A DNA stretch of 64,000 nucleotides from Podarcis cretensis. Its lineage: Eukaryota. Every line of letters starts with the position of its first letter. Positions within the stretch are counted from its first letter, which is position 1. This document shows positions 60,901-64,000 of this stretch, piece by piece. The stretch lies in NCBI GenBank assembly GCA_951804945.1, contig OX638154.1, forward strand, positions 59,582,001-59,646,000. The letters are read 5' to 3'. Position numbers and translations under genes: made by a program. The notes under the pieces are model-generated. The model was not told the origin of the DNA, ran no database searches, and saw only the letters and a list, made by a program, of their open reading frames with translations.

Positions 60901-63798
60901 TTAATTCACACACATGCAGAGAGGGCAAGAGTACATACAGAGAACTGCTACTATACACATATTACTGAATTTAAGCATGAGCACGGATAGGAGAAAGAGT
61001 GTTGGTAATACAAAAATGTACATGGTCCATGTCTCTATTCAGACAACCAAAACCATGGCTTGCCATTATGAATGAGCAGCGGTAAGCGCGCGCGCAAGCG
61101 CGCACACACACACACACACAATCTCTTCCCCTTCCCTCTTCCTTCCTGTGCAAAGAAGCATGCAGATGCAGAGAAAGAAGTTCAACTTTGAATCAGTGAC
61201 AATTTAACTTCAATCAGTGACAGGTTAACTTCAACTTCGAATCAGTGACAAGCTAATTGTTTGTAGTTTCATAGAAATGCAGCAAACTATCAATTGTCAA
61301 CAAGTGGAAGCTACTAATCTCTTTCCCCCATGCACGCAAAGGAAGAGGTGGGATTGCACATTTCAGGGGCAATACTGAGGCATTCTACATTTGTGGAAGA
61401 GTGAGGACAGGGACACAACCTCTGACTCCCCAGCCTTGTCACCCTCCTTGAGCTGGAGAAATAACTTCTTTTGCAGCAGAGAGCCTGCTCTACTCATCTT
61501 GGCAACCTGTGAGATTTAGAATCCTTGAAAATCACATGAGGAACCCACATAAATAGAGCAGGCTCTCCACTGCAGAAGCAGCTATCCCTCCAAGTCATGG
61601 AGAGCAATGAGGATGGGGTGCCCACATGGAGCTACCAGGTTAGTCTTCACTGCCTACTCTCACGTGTTCTTTAAACAAAGATGCTGAACGCTGGGTTAGG
61701 ATCATCTGAAGGCAGCCTACATCTCCTCTTCTGGAACAAGTACAGCAACCAAACAATTCAGAGTTGTTACCTTCTTTAGTCTTGGATTTAGATTGATGTA
61801 ACTATAGTTTATTATTAGCTGAATAGCTTCATTCGCTATTTCTTCATCAGGTGACTCCATTGCGATCTTCCAAATAAAATCCATTCCTATTAATTCCAGT
61901 TTTTCTACATGCTAGACAAAATAAAAGAGAGAGAGACTAAGGTTGTTAGCACCCAGATCAGAGTACACTATTGAAATATTTCACATGTTGCAGAGCTTTA
62001 TCCTATCACAAACTGAATATACTATTATTAATTACAAGTAATAGTAATATAAGGACAAATAAGGACTCCTCTAATTATGTTGGTTAGTCCTAGAAAAAGC
62101 CCCTCCCTCCCAAGCACGTAAAAGCAAAGAATTTAACTGTACTCATGGATTGTTTCATATGAGTAAGTTAAAGAAAAGTGATCTGAGCCCTAAAGCTAAT
62201 CTTAATTTAGGACAAATTAATGTACTATAGTAGGGCTGTCATATTTCAAAAAGTAAAAACCAGGGCACCCCAAAACTGTTGAGATTATTTAAAGGAACCC
62301 CCAAAATTGTTGAGCTTTTGTTAGGGGAAAAAACACGATTTTTAAAAATTGACTTGCCTAAGATCCAGGACAAAGTGCTGCCTTTCAGAATTTCCCCTGG
62401 ATGTCAATTCCGCCTTTGAAATCCCAGTAATGTCAGGGAAAATCCGTAACTATAGCTTTGAAGAGCCACATTCTAGCTGCCACTTCCCAATGGTCACTAT
62501 TTTATAGCGCACACTATTTTCCAAATAAACTTGCCAGCTGTGACCTATGAACTGCACTGGAACAAGTTTATAGAAAGCTGCTTACCAGCTGAGTTCCTTG
62601 ACGTTTCAATCGATGATCACAGAGGTTCACATTTTCAAAAAAGGTCTTAAACAAACCAAAACCTGTTTTTAAAAATTAACATTTTAAGGGAATTCTGCTA
62701 TTTTCATTTAAACAAACACAGAAACATTACTCATGCAAAATAAAAGCTTTAAAGTCTAACTTCATTAGTCTCTGAAGCTGTTTGCAATCTTCAGCCATTA
62801 TCAAGCCCCCCAAATTATATTCTAAGATATCTGACTATTATACAGAAGGCTGATAAAACAAAAATACTTACATACCATTCATAGTGATTTCATAAGACTC
62901 CAACTTAAGAATTTTTTCTTTAAAAAGCTGCTGCTGCACATCACTCTCGAGATCGTGCTGCCCCTTTGTAAACCATTCAAAGCACATCTGTGAAAAGAGT
63001 TTACACTATGGTTCACATTCTGTTTTTAAATGATATATTTTGCATTGCTCTAAAATATCCGACATACTATGGTTTACTCCACGCACCAGAATTTGTTTGA
63101 GGATTGCTAACAATTTAAGAAAACTCTAGTATCCGTATGATTGAGAATGAACAGCAATTTTTGTCTACTCCTGATAGCCCCTCAAACATTCCTAACAGCA
63201 CTTGATTTTTCTACAGATTTGTGAAACGATTTTGTTTTCCTAGTGTGTTTTGATTTTAGCCCCGATCATCTTTAGGATACATTGTTTCCAAGTAAAATTA
63301 GTGCTACATTTATTCCAAGGACATTCAACAGCAGCATCTCACCTCTCGATCTAGTTCACAAACATCTTGGCCTGTCACAAGGCATTCCCAGATTTCCCGA
63401 GCACGATTCCATCCTAAGTAAAGCGTAGCCTCTTGGAGAAAAAATGCCAGAAATTTGAGATGTGCCTCCAGGTACTGAAAAGGAAGCAAACACAAACTGC
63501 AATTAACATTTCAGAACAGACCTTTATGAAACGTTTTGCAAATTTGAGGTTTGAGAGATTCAAGCTCACTGCCTCAGTAAAGAGACAAATTGCTTCTATA
63601 CAGGGCTAGCCCCAAATGATCTGGTTTGAACGTCACAAGTTTGCTTACCTCCCGATACGTGTATCGGCAATCCACTAAGGTTGCTCCTGACAGGCCCCCA
63701 GGACCTGCCACGGATGCGGCCAATCGGTGGCATGCTATTAAGCTGCTTGTCACCAGCTTCACTATTTCAAAGTTTTTCTTCAGATCCTGAATAATGCT
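23389..63798 (-). CDS. USP24: Ubiquitin carboxyl-terminal hydrolase 24, last 51 coding exons (5'-partial)
   Basis: 51 exons splice to 5895 nt (1964 aa + stop) without a frame break. Contains the USP Cys-box [25 protein letters not shown], His-box [17 protein letters not shown], and C-terminus SDLDDVDP*. Convergent with PCSK9. Confidence 0.98.
24872..24982 (-). CDS. USP24: USP24 exon
   Basis: [37 protein letters not shown]. Confidence 0.95.
25801..25848. repeat. (AC)n microsatellite
   Basis: Read directly from the sequence. Confidence 0.95.
25902..25988 (-). CDS. USP24: USP24 exon
   Basis: [29 protein letters not shown]. Confidence 0.95.
26081..26156 (-). CDS. USP24: USP24 exon
   Basis: [25 protein letters not shown]. 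Confidence 0.95.
26777..26858 (-). CDS. USP24: USP24 exon
   Basis: [26 protein letters not shown]. Confidence 0.95.
27919..27985 (-). CDS. USP24: USP24 exon
   Basis: [22 protein letters not shown]. Confidence 0.94.
28344..28409 (-). CDS. USP24: USP24 exon
   Basis: [22 protein letters not shown]. Confidence 0.94.
28875..29060 (+). mobile_element. Old CORE/MIR-like SINE
   Basis: ggagaccagggttcaaat...ctgggtaaccttgggccagtc...cctacctcacagggttgttgtgggga, typical of the CORE SINE central domain; boundaries approximate. Confidence 0.65.
29372..29485 (-). CDS. USP24: USP24 exon
   Basis: [38 protein letters not shown]. Confidence 0.95.
29650..29771 (-). CDS. USP24: USP24 exon
   Basis: [41 protein letters not shown]. 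Confidence 0.93.
31234..31336 (-). CDS. USP24: USP24 exon
   Basis: [34 protein letters not shown]. Confidence 0.95.
32133..32225 (-). CDS. USP24: USP24 exon (NAGNAG acceptor; may start at 32222)
   Basis: [31 protein letters not shown]. Confidence 0.93.
32731..32847 (-). CDS. USP24: USP24 exon
   Basis: [39 protein letters not shown]. Confidence 0.95.
33040..33323 (+). mobile_element. L2-type LINE 3' end with (TTA)n tail
   Basis: gcttgtaagccgctctgagcccggccttggctggggagggcgaggtataaataaaa, then (TTA)n at 33277-33323; a related inverted tail lies at 6268-6365. Confidence 0.7.
33893..33989 (-). CDS. USP24: USP24 exon
   Basis: [32 protein letters not shown]. Confidence 0.95.
34590..34703 (-). CDS. 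USP24: USP24 exon
   Basis: [37 protein letters not shown]. Confidence 0.94.
34803..34906 (-). CDS. USP24: USP24 exon
   Basis: [34 protein letters not shown]. Confidence 0.94.
36142..36237 (-). CDS. USP24: USP24 exon
   Basis: [32 protein letters not shown]. Confidence 0.95.
36614..36700 (+). mobile_element. CR1-type 3' tail fragment
   Basis: gattcctgcattgcaggggttggactagatgacccttggggtccctttccaaccctacaattctattattctat. Confidence 0.75.
37037..37187 (-). CDS. USP24: USP24 exon
   Basis: [50 protein letters not shown]. Confidence 0.95.
38022..38084. repeat. (AC)n(AG)n compound microsatellite
   Basis: Read directly from the sequence. Confidence 0.95.
38155..38296 (-). CDS. USP24: USP24 exon (end of USP domain)
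   Basis: [46 protein letters not shown]. Confidence 0.96.
38590..38634. repeat. (TG)n microsatellite
   Basis: Read directly from the sequence. Confidence 0.95.
38968..39092 (-). CDS. USP24: USP24 exon (catalytic Asn/Asp, KFND)
   Basis: [41 protein letters not shown]. Confidence 0.96.
39596..39816 (-). CDS. USP24: USP24 exon (His-box)
   Basis: [14 protein letters not shown]...[25 protein letters not shown]. Confidence 0.97.
40245..40364 (-). CDS. USP24: USP24 exon
   Basis: [40 protein letters not shown]. Confidence 0.96.
40825..40966 (-). CDS. USP24: USP24 exon
   Basis: [47 protein letters not shown]. Confidence 0.96.
42395..42477 (-). CDS. USP24: USP24 exon
   Basis: [27 protein letters not shown]. 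Confidence 0.96.
42587..42685 (-). CDS. USP24: USP24 exon (QQD box)
   Basis: [33 protein letters not shown]. Confidence 0.96.
42860..43109 (-). mobile_element. Tc1/mariner (Tigger-like) MITE, same family as 16688, opposite orientation
   Basis: TIRs cagtcataccttgg / ccaaggtatgactg; TA TSD; shared core ggctgcaggaagctcctgcagccaatcagaag. Confidence 0.88.
43205..43330 (-). CDS. USP24: USP24 exon
   Basis: [42 protein letters not shown]. Confidence 0.96.
44386..44505 (-). CDS. USP24: USP24 exon (Cys-box, catalytic Cys)
   Basis: [40 protein letters not shown]. Confidence 0.97.
44747..44891 (-). CDS. USP24: USP24 exon
   Basis: [48 protein letters not shown]. Confidence 0.95.
45856..45973 (-). CDS. 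USP24: USP24 exon
   Basis: [38 protein letters not shown]. Confidence 0.95.
46742..46933 (-). CDS. USP24: USP24 exon
   Basis: [26 protein letters not shown]...[20 protein letters not shown]. Confidence 0.95.
47749..47810 (-). CDS. USP24: USP24 exon
   Basis: [20 protein letters not shown]. Confidence 0.94.
48595..48755 (-). CDS. USP24: USP24 exon (ends at a GC donor)
   Basis: [53 protein letters not shown]; donor AG|gcaagt. Confidence 0.93.
49283..49353 (-). CDS. USP24: USP24 exon
   Basis: [23 protein letters not shown]. Confidence 0.95.
49630..49785 (-). CDS. USP24: USP24 exon
   Basis: [51 protein letters not shown]. Confidence 0.95.
49938..50097 (-). CDS. USP24: USP24 exon
   Basis: [53 protein letters not shown]. 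Confidence 0.95.
50319..50547 (-). CDS. USP24: USP24 exon
   Basis: [15 protein letters not shown]...[17 protein letters not shown]. Confidence 0.95.
50666..50761 (-). CDS. USP24: USP24 exon
   Basis: [31 protein letters not shown]. Confidence 0.95.
50874..51049 (+). mobile_element. Sauria SINE, 5'-truncated
   Basis: 3' half similar to the 8862 copy; (ACCTTT)n tail; exact 15-bp TSD taatataatgtgtta at 50859-50873 and 51050-51064. Confidence 0.92.
51303..51442 (+). mobile_element. SINE with tRNA-Ile-like head and CR1-type tail
   Basis: gctcagttggttagagcatggtgctgataatgccaaggttgcaggttcgatccc (A/B boxes, GAT anticodon loop) fused to tgcattgcagggg...ccaactctaccattctgtgattct. Confidence 0.8.
52105..52202 (-). 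CDS. USP24: USP24 exon
   Basis: [32 protein letters not shown]. Confidence 0.95.
53267..53422 (-). CDS. USP24: USP24 exon
   Basis: [16 protein letters not shown]...[20 protein letters not shown]. Confidence 0.95.
54467..54560 (-). CDS. USP24: USP24 exon
   Basis: [31 protein letters not shown]. Confidence 0.95.
54696..54781 (-). CDS. USP24: USP24 exon
   Basis: [28 protein letters not shown]. Confidence 0.95.
54933..54985. repeat. (CT)n(CA)n compound microsatellite
   Basis: Read directly from the sequence. Confidence 0.95.
55540..55710 (-). CDS. USP24: USP24 exon (Ser-rich)
   Basis: [32 protein letters not shown]...SSSYAMEQ. Confidence 0.95.
55786..55884 (-). CDS. USP24: USP24 exon
   Basis: [33 protein letters not shown]. 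Confidence 0.95.
56020..56151 (-). mobile_element. hAT-type transposon end fragment
   Basis: Reverse complement starts caggggtcagcaaactttttcagcagggg; only one terminus seen. Confidence 0.6.
56243..56353 (-). CDS. USP24: USP24 exon
   Basis: [37 protein letters not shown]. Confidence 0.95.
56553..56682 (+). mobile_element. Old tRNA-headed squamate SINE
   Basis: ctcagtggcagaacatctgctttgtaggcagaaggtctctgg...gagccactgcctgtcagtgtaga; a related inverted remnant lies at ~53105-53212. Confidence 0.6.
57098..57446 (-). mobile_element. Sauria SINE, near full length
   Basis: Reverse-complement head (gggtggcactgtgggttaaacc...ggttcgaatcccc) and (ACCTTT)n tail; 14-bp TSD aaatacaaaaatag at 57084-57097 and 57447-57460. 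Confidence 0.92.
57680..58014 (+). mobile_element. RTE-clade LINE 3' fragment
   Basis: Open frame 57699-57953 [26 protein letters not shown]...[22 protein letters not shown] (C2H2-like end seen in RTE ORFs), short 3' UTR, (GAA)n tail. Confidence 0.75.
58149..58215 (-). CDS. USP24: USP24 exon
   Basis: [22 protein letters not shown]. Confidence 0.94.
60078..60193 (-). CDS. USP24: USP24 exon
   Basis: [38 protein letters not shown]. Confidence 0.95.
60809..60862 (-). CDS. USP24: USP24 exon
   Basis: [18 protein letters not shown]. Confidence 0.94.
61771..61911 (-). CDS. USP24: USP24 exon
   Basis: [47 protein letters not shown]. Confidence 0.95.
62586..62662 (-). CDS. USP24: USP24 exon
   Basis: [25 protein letters not shown]. 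Confidence 0.94.
62876..62987 (-). CDS. USP24: USP24 exon
   Basis: [37 protein letters not shown]. Confidence 0.95.
63343..63474 (-). CDS. USP24: USP24 exon
   Basis: [44 protein letters not shown]. Confidence 0.95.
63649..63798 (-). CDS. USP24: USP24 exon (most 5' exon in the window)
   Basis: [50 protein letters not shown]. Confidence 0.93.
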
Positions 63799-64000
63799 CT
63801 TGGCAGAAGTATTGGAAAAGATGTGTTAAGCAGAGCATTACAACATGTGCAATTAGACTTTCAAGGCTCGAATACAAGTTTCCCTCGCTGCACCCCCCTG
63901 GCCATCTATTCAATCAGGGCCTCAAAAGTCTCATAATTTCTATCCTCATTCACCACAGTTTCCAGTCATGACACTAGTCGTGCAGAAAGAAGTACTAAGC

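Noticed and set aside
61181-61251. CRISPR-like repeat-spacer pattern
   Set aside because: Only three 11-bp repeats with short, mutually related spacers, in a vertebrate intron, with no cas genes
23389-63798. Intron-encoded snoRNAs/miRNAs or U12-type introns in USP24
   Set aside because: No convincing C/D or H/ACA box arrangement seen by eye and no GTATCC/ATATCC donors; an Infernal/Rfam scan would be needed to exclude small RNAs
23452-63800. Six AAG acceptors among the USP24 exons
   Set aside because: Small numbers; AAG is a normal minor acceptor and all six preserve the frame
1-64000. A previously undescribed multi-gene system
   Set aside because: All convincing coding sequence is accounted for by PCSK9, USP24 and transposon remnants in the known conserved tail-to-tail arrangement

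Overview
Vertebrate genomic DNA, most likely from a squamate and probably a lacertid lizard (inferred from Sauria SINE copies). It holds two convergent, intron-containing genes. On the + strand is PCSK9: exons 2-12 at 282..18386, 1854 nt spliced, intact frame, with exon 1 upstream of the window. On the - strand is the C-terminal ~1964 aa of the deubiquitinase USP24: 51 coding exons from 63798 down to the stop at 23389, 5895 nt spliced, intact frame, including the Cys-box and His-box. The 3' UTRs meet at ~20.6-21.7 kb, where poly(A) hexamers on both strands interleave; one site is a perfect palindrome carrying AATAAA on both strands. Introns carry Sauria SINEs with target-site duplications, tRNA-headed SINEs with CR1 tails, L2 and RTE LINE remnants, Tc1/mariner-type and hAT-type MITEs, and microsatellites. 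Most supplied ORFs are exon read-throughs or noise. I see no convincing new multi-gene system. The best leads are regulatory or structural: the bidirectional poly(A) palindrome, inverted SINEs bracketing 7 USP24 exons, a GC-AG intron, and lineage-specific PCSK9 motif changes. All exon boundaries were read by hand from splice signals and frame continuity; comparisons to human proteins are from memory, not from a database search.
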